This document shows, piece by piece, positions 10,262 to 18,717 of a stretch of DNA of 64,000 nucleotides. Location: assembly GCA_029862005.1 (NCBI GenBank), contig JAOTYD010000006.1:5758-69757 (forward strand). The letters are read 5' to 3'. Position 1 is the first letter of the stretch; every line of letters starts with the position of its first letter. A program made the position numbers and the translations under genes. The notes beneath the pieces are model-generated. The model searched no databases, was not told where the DNA came from, and was given only the letters and a program-made list of their open reading frames with translations. The stretch comes from Gammaproteobacteria bacterium. GTDB lineage: Bacteria; Pseudomonadota; Gammaproteobacteria; GCA-001735895.

Positions 10262-11281
10262 CTAGACCATTTCCTCGCCACCACCCGAGAGCACGATCTC
10301 CCCGGATTCCTCTAGCTTGCGGGCGACGTCAAGAATTTCCTTTTGTGCCGCTTCGACTTCGCTGAGCTTGACCGGTCCCTTCGCTTCCATGTCTTCCAGC
10401 AGCATTTCCGATGCACGCGAAGACATGTTTTTCAGGAACTTCTGCCGCATCTCGTCATCGACTCCTTTCAGTGCGAGTGACAGCAGATCGGTTGATACTT
10501 CTCGCATCATGGTCTGAATGCCGCGATCATCAACATCGCGTAGGTTCTCGAATACAAACATCATGTCGTCAATCCTGGTGGCGAGCTCTTCGTTTTCGGC
10601 ACGTACCTGTTCCATGATCGTATTTTCAATCGAGGTATCGATGGAATTGAGAATATCGGCAGCGGTTCGCTCGCCACCGACCATCGACGACTTTACGTTT
10701 TCGTTGTCGCTGAAGTAACGCTCCATAATTGAATCGAGCTCCTTGATCGCGGCCGGCTGCACGCCTTCGAGGGTCGCGATACGCATCAGTATTCCGGCAC
10801 GCATGCTTTCCGGTAAATGGGTGAGTACCCAGGCGGCATTATCGGATTCGAGATACGACAGCACGATGGCAATAATCTGCGGATGTTCAAGCCGGATTAT
10901 TTCGGCGATGGCCTTGGGATCCATCCACTTCATCGACTCCAGGCCATTGCTGCCACTACCCATCAGGATTCGATCGATAACGCTGCCCGCCTTGTCACCC
11001 AGGGCCTTTTGCAGCATACCGCGAATATAGGAATCGTTACCGATACCAAGCGCAGTCTGAGATTCGAGCACATCGAAAAAGTCATCGATGACATACTCAA
11101 CCGTCGGGCGCGATACATCATTCATGGTGGCCATGGTTGATCCCACCACCTGGACCTCCTTGGGGCTCATATGCTGGAGAATCTCGGCCGCGATGTCCTC
11201 GCCCAGGGTCAGCAGCAATACCCCGGCCTTTTCCGGGCCCTTGACCGAGGTCAAACTCTTATCCGACTGTTCGTCAGCCAC
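10262..11281 (-). CDS. fliG: Flagellar motor switch protein FliG
   Basis: A 339-aa product. The N-terminus (LTGVEKAAILLLTLGED-like) and the C-terminal torque helix region are present. Confidence 0.93.
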   Translation of the reverse strand: MADEQSDKSLTSVKGPEKAGVLLLTLGEDIAAEILQHMSPKEVQVVGSTMATMNDVSRPTVEYVIDDFFDVLESQTALGIGNDSYIRGMLQKALGDKAGSVIDRILMGSGSNGLESMKWMDPKAIAEIIRLEHPQIIAIVLSYLESDNAAWVLTHLPESMRAGILMRIATLEGVQPAAIKELDSIMERYFSDNENVKSSMVGGERTAADILNSIDTSIENTIMEQVRAENEELATRIDDMMFVFENLRDVDDRGIQTMMREVSTDLLSLALKGVDDEMRQKFLKNMSSRASEMLLEDMEAKGPVKLSEVEAAQKEILDVARKLEESGEIVLSGGGEEMV

Positions 11282-13056
11282 TATTGGTCACCTACCCAGT
11301 GTTTCATTACGTTGGCAACCCGCGCGGGATCATCCATGACCATCGAGCGTGCCATATCGACCTTTTGCTCGTAGGTCGCATCTTTACGCCTTACCATCGC
11401 AGCCGGATTATTGGGGTCCTCGGCCAGGTTGGGAATGCCAAAGTTTTGTGCTCCCGCCTGTTGTCCAGGCATTGCATATTGCATCGGCGTTGGTGTTCCC
11501 AGCGTCTGCACGCCCGACGAGTCCGAGCCACTTGAGCCAGCCGAGTTTTCGGCATCGGTGTTTTTCAGTGACAGCGATCGGAGGGCAGGGCGCACCAAAA
11601 TAAAGTAAACGATGATCAAACCAAGCGCGCCCAGGACCTGCTTGATCAGGTTAATGATCCAGGCTTCATTCAGCAGGCTGCGCCAGGCGGGTATCGGCTC
11701 AACGACCAGTTCCTCGACTTCCAGAAAGGATGCATTGATGACACTGACCGAATCTCCCCGATTTTCATCGAAGCCAATCGTTTCCTTGACCAGGTTAGTG
11801 AAACGCGAGATCTCTTCGTCACTGTAAGGTGTCCTGGAGACGCTGCCGTCGTCCGCGGTCACCTGCTTGTCATCGATAATGACTGCTACCGAAAGTCTCT
11901 GCACGCTGCCAACCGGGTTACTGGTGTGGCTGATAACGCGATCAACCTCGTAATTACGCGTCGCCGAACGATTTTGATTGGTCGGAACCCGCTCGGTGAC
12001 AGCGCCCTCGGTTGCAGTTTGCGCGCCCGTTTCCGTTGCGATCGTGCCGGCGGCGGGGGGTTGATTGCTAAGCGCACCGGGGATACCCAGGGCCTGGCTG
12101 AAACTCTGATTCTCTTCTTCGTTAATTTGCTCGCTGCGAATCACGCTGCGCTCCGGATCGTAGGTCTCGCGAGTTGATTCTACCGCGGAAAAATCGAGCT
12201 GTGCGGCCACCTGCGCGTTGACCCTGCCTTCACCGACTATCGGTTGCAGCAGGTTGATAATGCGATCAGCAAAATTGTTTTCCAGCTTGCTGGTGTACTC
12301 GAATTGCCTGGTTGTCAACGAGATTCCTTCATCTTTTTCACTGGTCAAAAGGCGACCAAACTGATCGACAACCTTGACCTCGGTGCTTTCGAGCATTGGA
12401 ATACTCGAAGCGATCATTTGCACAATGGCTTCCACCTGCCCCGGATTCAGCACCCGGCCGGGATGCAGCTTGACCACGACTGAGGCACTTGGCATGGTGC
12501 GGTTGCGAATAAAAATCGATTGTTCTGGAATGGCGAGATGCACACGCGCCTTATCGACCGCCCGGATCGACTCAACCGAGCGCACCAGTTCTGCCTCGAC
12601 GGCATGATTGTAACGTGCGGTTTCAATAAACTGGCTGGTGCCGAGACCCTGATCCTGCTCCAGCATTTCGAGACCCTTGGCGGTGCCGTCAGCCAGGCCC
12701 TGCGAAGCGAGCAACAGACGCGCCTCGGACAACTTGGTCTGGTCGACCAACAAGGTACCCGTGTTGGCATCCAGCTTGAATTCAATATTGCGCGACATCA
12801 GGGTGTCCGCAACCTGTGCCGCATCCTTGCTGGACATGTTGGAGTACAGCGGCGAGTAATTCGGTTCCGCGGTCCACAATACGACGACCATGCCGACGGC
12901 AATTGCCGCGGCAAGCCCGACGAGCTTGCTGATATGGCGCACCGCACGTGACTGCGCGACGGCATCGATCGGATTAATCTGTCGCGGCGCTACTGCCACT
13001 ATCCCCTGCCCGTCCGGGCCGGGTAGTACCTGCTGATTTGCGCTTGCCTCTGCCAT
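11281..13056 (-). CDS. fliF: Flagellar MS-ring protein FliF
   Basis: A 591-aa protein with N- and C-terminal transmembrane segments and conserved periplasmic ring-building motifs. Confidence 0.93.
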   Translation of the reverse strand: MAEASANQQVLPGPDGQGIVAVAPRQINPIDAVAQSRAVRHISKLVGLAAAIAVGMVVVLWTAEPNYSPLYSNMSSKDAAQVADTLMSRNIEFKLDANTGTLLVDQTKLSEARLLLASQGLADGTAKGLEMLEQDQGLGTSQFIETARYNHAVEAELVRSVESIRAVDKARVHLAIPEQSIFIRNRTMPSASVVVKLHPGRVLNPGQVEAIVQMIASSIPMLESTEVKVVDQFGRLLTSEKDEGISLTTRQFEYTSKLENNFADRIINLLQPIVGEGRVNAQVAAQLDFSAVESTRETYDPERSVIRSEQINEEENQSFSQALGIPGALSNQPPAAGTIATETGAQTATEGAVTERVPTNQNRSATRNYEVDRVISHTSNPVGSVQRLSVAVIIDDKQVTADDGSVSRTPYSDEEISRFTNLVKETIGFDENRGDSVSVINASFLEVEELVVEPIPAWRSLLNEAWIINLIKQVLGALGLIIVYFILVRPALRSLSLKNTDAENSAGSSGSDSSGVQTLGTPTPMQYAMPGQQAGAQNFGIPNLAEDPNNPAAMVRRKDATYEQKVDMARSMVMDDPARVANVMKHWVGDQ

Positions 13057-13059
13057 GGT

Positions 13060-13380
13060 TTACACCGACATGTTCATAACATCCTGATATGCGCTCAGGA
13101 GTTTGTTGCGGACCTGGGTCAGGGCTTCGAAAGAAATTCGCGATTTCTGTACCGCGATCATGACCGCGGATATATCGACATCTTCACCCAGTTCGAAGGC
13201 CTTTGTCAGGCTGGACGCCTGCATTTGCGTCTCATTTACCTTGCCGATTGCCTGCTGCATCAGGTCGGCAAAACTCTCGCTCTGCTCGGGCTTAAGCTCG
13301 GGTTGCAGCCCCTGGCCTTTGGCCAGGGACTCGAGAGCCTGCATTTGACTGAGTAAGTGGTTTTGAGTCTTGTTGATCAT
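13060..13380 (-). CDS. fliE: Flagellar hook-basal body protein FliE. The start is revised to the ATG at 13378-13380.
   Basis: The last 106 aa (MINKTQNHLLSQMQALESLAKG…) match full-length FliE. The 203-aa ORF in the track is an upstream in-frame extension without homology. Confidence 0.85.
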   Translation of the reverse strand: MINKTQNHLLSQMQALESLAKGQGLQPELKPEQSESFADLMQQAIGKVNETQMQASSLTKAFELGEDVDISAVMIAVQKSRISFEALTQVRNKLLSAYQDVMNMSV

Positions 13381-13504
13381 AAATTTCCCTACTGGTCGAT
13401 TTATTGACGGATTGAGTCCCGACCCATGGATCAGGTGCAAAACTGTTAATTTTTTGACGTATCGTCGGTTTAACCCACCCTTTTCGGGTCCCTGGGGGAT
13501 AGTC

Positions 13505-13520
13505 AGCAACAATCGCGCCA
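13505..13520 (-). promoter_or_regulatory. Sigma-54 promoter candidate for the fliE-J operon
   Basis: On the minus strand the sequence reads TGGCGCgattgTTGCT. There is one mismatch in the -24 box and the spacing is correct. It lies about 125 nt upstream of fliE. Confidence 0.4.
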
Positions 13521-13751
13521 ACTTCCCCTGGTCCAATCCTAATTCTGGTTGAACCGCATTGCTGCCACCGACTCCTTGTATGTTGAGCCATTCCGGGGGA
13601 AAGTCTGCAAAAGTGTCGCGAGGCAGGACGCCGAGCACCAAGCTGTTCCCTGGATGGACCAACCGGCGCACGCGCCGGTTGGGAGCGTCTTTTGCGGGCT
13701 TTCCCCCGGGGTGGCAGGGGAGATACCATTGCGATGATCATGCCTTTGGTA

Positions 13752-15077
13752 TTAGTCCGGAAGCGCTGCGCCGGCATCGCGCAACTTGGCGAGCTTGTAA
13801 CGCAAGGTGCGTGGACTGATACCGAGTTTTTCCGCCGTCTTCTTGCGGCTGCCCCTGAAATTACGCAGCGTTTCAAGAATGACCTCGGTTTCCCGGTCGC
13901 GCAGATCCGAATGGAGTTTACCGTTATCCTCGAGCAATGGATCGAGTGGAGCCTGCTCGATACCACTCTCAAGCATGATGTCCTGCGGCAGGATTTCCCT
14001 GCCCTGCTTCAGGATCAGCGCACGCTGAATCACGTTGTCGAGCTCGCGCACATTGCCGGGCCAGCTGTGTTGGCATAAGGTTTCGCAGGCAGCGTCGGAA
14101 AGCTGGATCGATTCTCCCGCTGCCCGACTGTACTGGGCCAGAATCTTGCGCGCGATGGGGACAATGTCGTCGGGTCGTTCGCGCAGGGCAGGGATCGTAA
14201 TCGGAAACACATTAAGCCGATAAAACAAATCCTCGCGGAAGCGCTTTTCGCGCACCTCGTGGCGTAAGTCCCGATTGGTGGTAGCGATGATACGCACGTC
14301 AAGTTCTATTACCTGGGTGCTACCGAGCCGCTCTACCTCCCGCTCCTGCAGCACACGCAGGATTTTTGCCTGCAACCCGAGGTCCATCTCGGTAATTTCA
14401 TCCAGCAGCAGGGTGCCGCCATGGGCCTGTTCGAACTTGCCGACGGTCGCCTTGTGCGCACCGGTAAAAGCGCCTTTTTCATATCCAAACAGGACCGCTT
14501 CCAGCATATTCTCGGGAATTGCGGCACAGTTAATCGCCACGAACGGCTGCTTCGAGCGGGCCGATTGCTGATGAATAAACCTCGAATAGATTTCCTTGCC
14601 GACACCGCTCTCCCCGGTGAACAGAACCGACGCAGTGGTTTTCGCGACACGACCGGCGAGGACTAGAGATTCCTGGCTGGCCATGTCCACGGCGACAAGA
14701 TCCTGATCTGCTGACACCGGATCCTGGATCTGCTTGCGCACCGTGCTTACCAGGCTTGAGACTTCAAACGGTTTGACCAGGTAATCGACTGCCCCGGCCT
14801 GAATCGCATCCACCGCCTGCGGAATCGATCCGTAGGCTGTCATTAAAATAACCGGCACATCGATCTGATTGCTGCGAATCGAAGACAAAAGTTCGTAGCC
14901 ATTGCCCGGGCTCATCTGCACGTCACTGAGTACGAGTGACGCCGAGTTGCTGGCCAGGAACTGTTCGGCGGCACGACCATTTTCAACCTCGTGAAAGCTG
15001 ATTTCATTAAGCTGCAGCGTGTCGCAAATAGCCTCGCGCAGATCAGCATCATCTTCTACTACCAGTACATCAACCAT
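13752..15077 (-). CDS. fleR: Sigma-54-dependent flagellar response regulator FleR/FlrC
   Basis: A 441-aa protein with REC, AAA+ sigma-54 activator (GESGVGKE, GAFTGA) and HTH domains. It is downstream of the kinase gene. Confidence 0.9.
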   Translation of the reverse strand: MVDVLVVEDDADLREAICDTLQLNEISFHEVENGRAAEQFLASNSASLVLSDVQMSPGNGYELLSSIRSNQIDVPVILMTAYGSIPQAVDAIQAGAVDYLVKPFEVSSLVSTVRKQIQDPVSADQDLVAVDMASQESLVLAGRVAKTTASVLFTGESGVGKEIYSRFIHQQSARSKQPFVAINCAAIPENMLEAVLFGYEKGAFTGAHKATVGKFEQAHGGTLLLDEITEMDLGLQAKILRVLQEREVERLGSTQVIELDVRIIATTNRDLRHEVREKRFREDLFYRLNVFPITIPALRERPDDIVPIARKILAQYSRAAGESIQLSDAACETLCQHSWPGNVRELDNVIQRALILKQGREILPQDIMLESGIEQAPLDPLLEDNGKLHSDLRDRETEVILETLRNFRGSRKKTAEKLGISPRTLRYKLAKLRDAGAALPD

Positions 15078-15099
15078 GGTTTGGCTCCTTTTTTATCAT

Positions 15100-16272
15100 T
15101 TACTTGCTAGTGCTGACTTGAGTTTTCATTGCCTGCCTGCAGGGCAGGAAAATACGAAAGCGACAACCGCGCCCGGGTCTCGAAAAGACGGCGATACGGC
15201 CCTGGTGTGATTCGATAACCGCCTTGACTACCGCTAGTCCGAGACCGGTACCATCGGTCTTGGTGCTGAAAAAAGGATCAAAGATATGGGTGCGGGTGTC
15301 GCGATCCATACCGCAGCCATTGTCCTTTAGCGAAATCGACAGCAGTCCATGCAGCGTCGTGCCTACCCTGATTTCAATCCGGGGGTCCTGGGTACAGGCT
15401 TGCAGTGCATTCATGCACAAGTTGGCGATTGCGCCCAGCAGCGCATCCTTGTTGCCCTGCAGTTCAACGGTGCACTCATGTCCATGCAGCTGCAGCAGCG
15501 CACCGCGTTGCTGTAGCTGTGGCATGAGCTGGTCGTTGAGCTCGGTAAACAACTCCGTTACCGAGAAACGTGTCGTCACGAACTGGCCGCCATGGGCGAA
15601 AACCAGCATGTCATTGATGAGCTTTTCGATATGCCGGCTGCGTGCCAATGCCTTTTTGCAAAAGCTTTGCACGGTCTCGGTGTCGAGGACAGTATCGACG
15701 CATTGCGACAGGTACAACATGGTCGAGGCTAGCGGAGTTCTGATCTGGTGTGCAAGACTCGCCATCATCTTGCCCATGGTTACCAGGTGCAGATTCTGTT
15801 GAGCCGTACGCTGCAACTCGCGGGTCTGTGTGACATCGCTGAGTAACAGCACCTGTCCCGGCGCGTAGCCGAGCGGACGCGTCGAGATACTGAACTGCCT
15901 GCCGTCGGCGGTTTTCAGTTCACCCTGGTCAAGCTCAGGCAAAAATACGCGCGTCACGATGTCCCGCCAGGGCTCCTGGTCCAGCGGTGTGCCCAGCAGC
16001 AGACGGGCACTCTCGTTGGCTTCGACGACATGTCCCTGCCGGTCGAGTACTACGACTCCGCCGGGGATCGCATCCAGCAACTGAGCATTGGCGGCAGGTC
16101 TGGTCGGCACATCATCCGCTTTGAGGCGACCGACATGCTGGTTGATTTGTTCGACGCTCGCACTCAGGCTCGCCGACAGTCGATTAAACTGCTCAAACGC
16201 GCCCTTAAGGCTGTGCGTTGCTGGCGCTTTAAATTCTAGCTTTTGATTTTCCACCCCGAACAGGGTGCACAA
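15100..16272 (-). CDS. fleS: Flagellar sensor histidine kinase FleS/FlrB
   Basis: A 390-aa protein with PAS, HisKA (H-box MASLAHQIRTPL) and HATPase domains. The ORF opens on a TTG codon and has no upstream in-frame ATG. Confidence 0.85.
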   Translation of the reverse strand: MCTLFGVENQKLEFKAPATHSLKGAFEQFNRLSASLSASVEQINQHVGRLKADDVPTRPAANAQLLDAIPGGVVVLDRQGHVVEANESARLLLGTPLDQEPWRDIVTRVFLPELDQGELKTADGRQFSISTRPLGYAPGQVLLLSDVTQTRELQRTAQQNLHLVTMGKMMASLAHQIRTPLASTMLYLSQCVDTVLDTETVQSFCKKALARSRHIEKLINDMLVFAHGGQFVTTRFSVTELFTELNDQLMPQLQQRGALLQLHGHECTVELQGNKDALLGAIANLCMNALQACTQDPRIEIRVGTTLHGLLSISLKDNGCGMDRDTRTHIFDPFFSTKTDGTGLGLAVVKAVIESHQGRIAVFSRPGRGCRFRIFLPCRQAMKTQVSTSK

Positions 16273-16349
16273 GACAAACCAATTGTAATAAATCTAATAA
16301 TATCAGAAAGTTATAAATTACGATTATTCTGGACGACAGAAAAATGACG

Positions 16350-17765
16350 CTATTCGGTGCGTTCTATTTCGTATTTGCGCATTTTTTCGACGAGGGTTGT
16401 GCGCCGCATTTTGAGCATGGTCGCTGCCCGCGCAACCACGTTATTGGTCTTTGACAAGGCTTGCTCGATCAATGTTATCTCGATATCCGTCAGGTATTTT
16501 TTCATATCGATGCCGTCTGCAGGCAACTCGCTCAGGTCGGGCTCTGCCATCGCCAGCCTGGTTTCGTCCCCGCTAGATTCGAAAACTTCGAGCGCTCCCT
16601 CGCTCTGGTATTTTACGGGTAGATCTTTTGAATCCACGACACCGTGCGGAAACAGGATCGCAAGGCGTTCGATCAGGTTGGCGAGTTCACGCACATTTCC
16701 CGGCCAGGCATACTGTTGCAACATGGATATCGCTTTTTTGCTCAGTCGGACAGAACCGCGATTTTCACGTTCAATTCGAGCAATCATTTCGTGAATCAAT
16801 AGCGGGATATCGGACTGCCGTTCGCGCAGCGGCGGTACCTCGATCGGAAAAACATTGAGTCGATAAAACAGGTCTTCCCGGAATTTGCCCTCGGCAATTA
16901 ACTCTTCGAGACGACGATGGGTTGCGGCAATAACCCGCACATCGGATCTTATCGACTTGTTGCTGCCAACCTTTTCATAGCTGCGCTCCTGCAGTACACG
17001 CAGTAACTTGACCTGCATCGGCAAAGGCATATCCCCGATTTCATCGAGAAACAGTACACCCCCCTCGGCAAGTTCGAAGCGACCCTGGCGCGCACTGATG
17101 GCACCGGTAAATGCGCCCTTTTCATGGCCAAACAGTTCGCTTTCAAGCAAATCTGCCGGGATTGCGCCGCAGTTGATTGGTACGAACGGTTTCTTGCTGC
17201 GTGAAGACTGTGCGTGGACATTACGCGCGATGACTTCCTTGCCGGTACCCGAATCTCCGAGAATCAAGACCGACGCATTGGTGTCGGATACCTGGTCGAT
17301 CATTAAATTAATGCGCTCAATTGAGCTGCTGTTGCCTATTAGCGGCTGGCATTCGCGATTCTGCATGCGGCGTTCGCGCTTATTGTGCTTACGCGCCTGG
17401 TCGAGGACCTGGGATAGAGAATAGTAATCAGACTGGAAACAGAGTCCGGAAACAAAGGGTAGTTCTACCACGATTTCAAGCGCACTCGATTCGGACTTGT
17501 CTGCCAGTAAGATTACCGGATACTGACACTTGTCTTCCTTGTTGCGCTCGAGAAAAAACTTTGAAATATCGTCGCCGCCGATACTGAATATTGCGAGATA
17601 TTCAAATAATTCTCGACGCGGGATATCGGGGAGTTGTTCGGGCGTGATAAGCCTCGCTTCCACTTTGATGAAGCCGAGTACCGCAAGGAAAGAATGTCCA
17701 CGTGTATGGTTGGAATCGACAACAAGCACCTCGTTGCTGTCCTGACCTCCACTATGGTCCTTCAT
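16350..17765 (-). CDS. fleQ: Sigma-54-dependent flagellar master regulator FleQ/FlrA
   Basis: A 471-aa protein with a FleQ-type N-terminal domain, an AAA+ sigma-54 activator domain (GDSGTGKE, GAFTGA) and a C-terminal HTH. Confidence 0.9.
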   Translation of the reverse strand: MKDHSGGQDSNEVLVVDSNHTRGHSFLAVLGFIKVEARLITPEQLPDIPRRELFEYLAIFSIGGDDISKFFLERNKEDKCQYPVILLADKSESSALEIVVELPFVSGLCFQSDYYSLSQVLDQARKHNKRERRMQNRECQPLIGNSSSIERINLMIDQVSDTNASVLILGDSGTGKEVIARNVHAQSSRSKKPFVPINCGAIPADLLESELFGHEKGAFTGAISARQGRFELAEGGVLFLDEIGDMPLPMQVKLLRVLQERSYEKVGSNKSIRSDVRVIAATHRRLEELIAEGKFREDLFYRLNVFPIEVPPLRERQSDIPLLIHEMIARIERENRGSVRLSKKAISMLQQYAWPGNVRELANLIERLAILFPHGVVDSKDLPVKYQSEGALEVFESSGDETRLAMAEPDLSELPADGIDMKKYLTDIEITLIEQALSKTNNVVARAATMLKMRRTTLVEKMRKYEIERTE

Positions 17766-17910
17766 TTGTGTTACCCCGATTCTAGAAAAAACATCAGCCA
17801 GTTTTTTGACGACGCTGAAATTTAGTGTTGATTTTAGACCAGAATGACAATATACCGGCGCAAAAAATCGTAGTTTCTAGATTAATAATTTCAATTGGTA
17901 ATGGATTGAA

Positions 17911-18243
17911 TTATTTGGGGTACGAGTCATTACTGAGGTAGGCACGAGACGCTTTGGATGCGTTTCGAATACGTTTCTGCTGCAGAATAACGGCCTCTTT
18001 GAACAGGTTCAGCTTGTCGACAACCTGTTGATTCAGGCTTTGCAGGTGTTGTGCCCTGATCACGTCGACCTGTGCAATTGAATCCGCAAATGCCTGTTCT
18101 ATAAGAATTTTTCGCTTCTTCTCGAGTTCATCGACGCGCTCGAATTCGCCATCTTCGAGTATCTCGAGAATTTCGTCCGTCAGCGCAATCGCTGCGCCCA
18201 GGGCTTTCTGCTGGTTCATTTTCTGTACCAATTGCTTAGGCAC
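17911..18243 (-). CDS. Small helical protein between fliS and fleQ, a putative FliT-like flagellar chaperone
   Basis: A 110-aa all-helical protein. The assignment rests on position, which corresponds to fliT in Pseudomonas/Shewanella clusters, and on weak similarity. Confidence 0.45.
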   Translation of the reverse strand: MPKQLVQKMNQQKALGAAIALTDEILEILEDGEFERVDELEKKRKILIEQAFADSIAQVDVIRAQHLQSLNQQVVDKLNLFKEAVILQQKRIRNASKASRAYLSNDSYPK

Positions 18244-18640
18244 CGGTTTCCCTGGCCTGCTCGGGTATTTGCTCCCAGGCGGACTTGATTGTCAGCAAAA
18301 GATCGCTTATTTCATTGAGCCTGGCTATATCGTCGCTGACGTTGGCCTCGGTTAACGCGATAATCATGTACTGATAAAGATCTGACAGGTTCTGTGACAG
18401 CTCCCCTTCCTGCGAGTGGTCGAGGCACCCTTCAAGCCCGCCAATGATCGAAATCGCCTTGCCGATAAACTCGCCTTTTTGCGCGGTATCCTTGTGTTTT
18501 ACGGCACCTTTGGCCTGCGCTATGCGCTCCAGAGCACCGTTCATCAGGCGCAGAATCAGCTCGTGGGGATCCGCATAAGTGATCGAGCTATTGTCTGCGG
18601 ACTGGTATTGGTTAACGGCTTTAATTGCAACATTTGTCAT
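18236..18640 (-). CDS. fliS: Flagellin-specific chaperone FliS
   Basis: A 134-aa protein from the FliS family (SADNSSITYADPHELILRLMNGALERI). Confidence 0.9.
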   Translation of the reverse strand: MTNVAIKAVNQYQSADNSSITYADPHELILRLMNGALERIAQAKGAVKHKDTAQKGEFIGKAISIIGGLEGCLDHSQEGELSQNLSDLYQYMIIALTEANVSDDIARLNEISDLLLTIKSAWEQIPEQARETGA

Positions 18641-18717
18641 TATATTTCTGGCTCCATGGCTTGTAACTATTAAGGGTTATCGTCTCTAACCCCATTTTCT
18701 TTAATTAAGAATCTCTA

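Noticed and set aside
13381-13671. N-terminal extension of the fliE ORF, giving 203 aa, and the overlapping 226-aa ORF 13292-13972.
   Set aside because: Only the last 106 aa resemble FliE. The extension and the Arg/Pro-rich alternative frame have no homology and lie in the promoter region.
16261-16276. A sigma-54-like match, TGGTTTGTCTTGTGCA, near fleS.
   Set aside because: It overlaps the fleS start codon itself rather than lying upstream, and the -24 box is poor.
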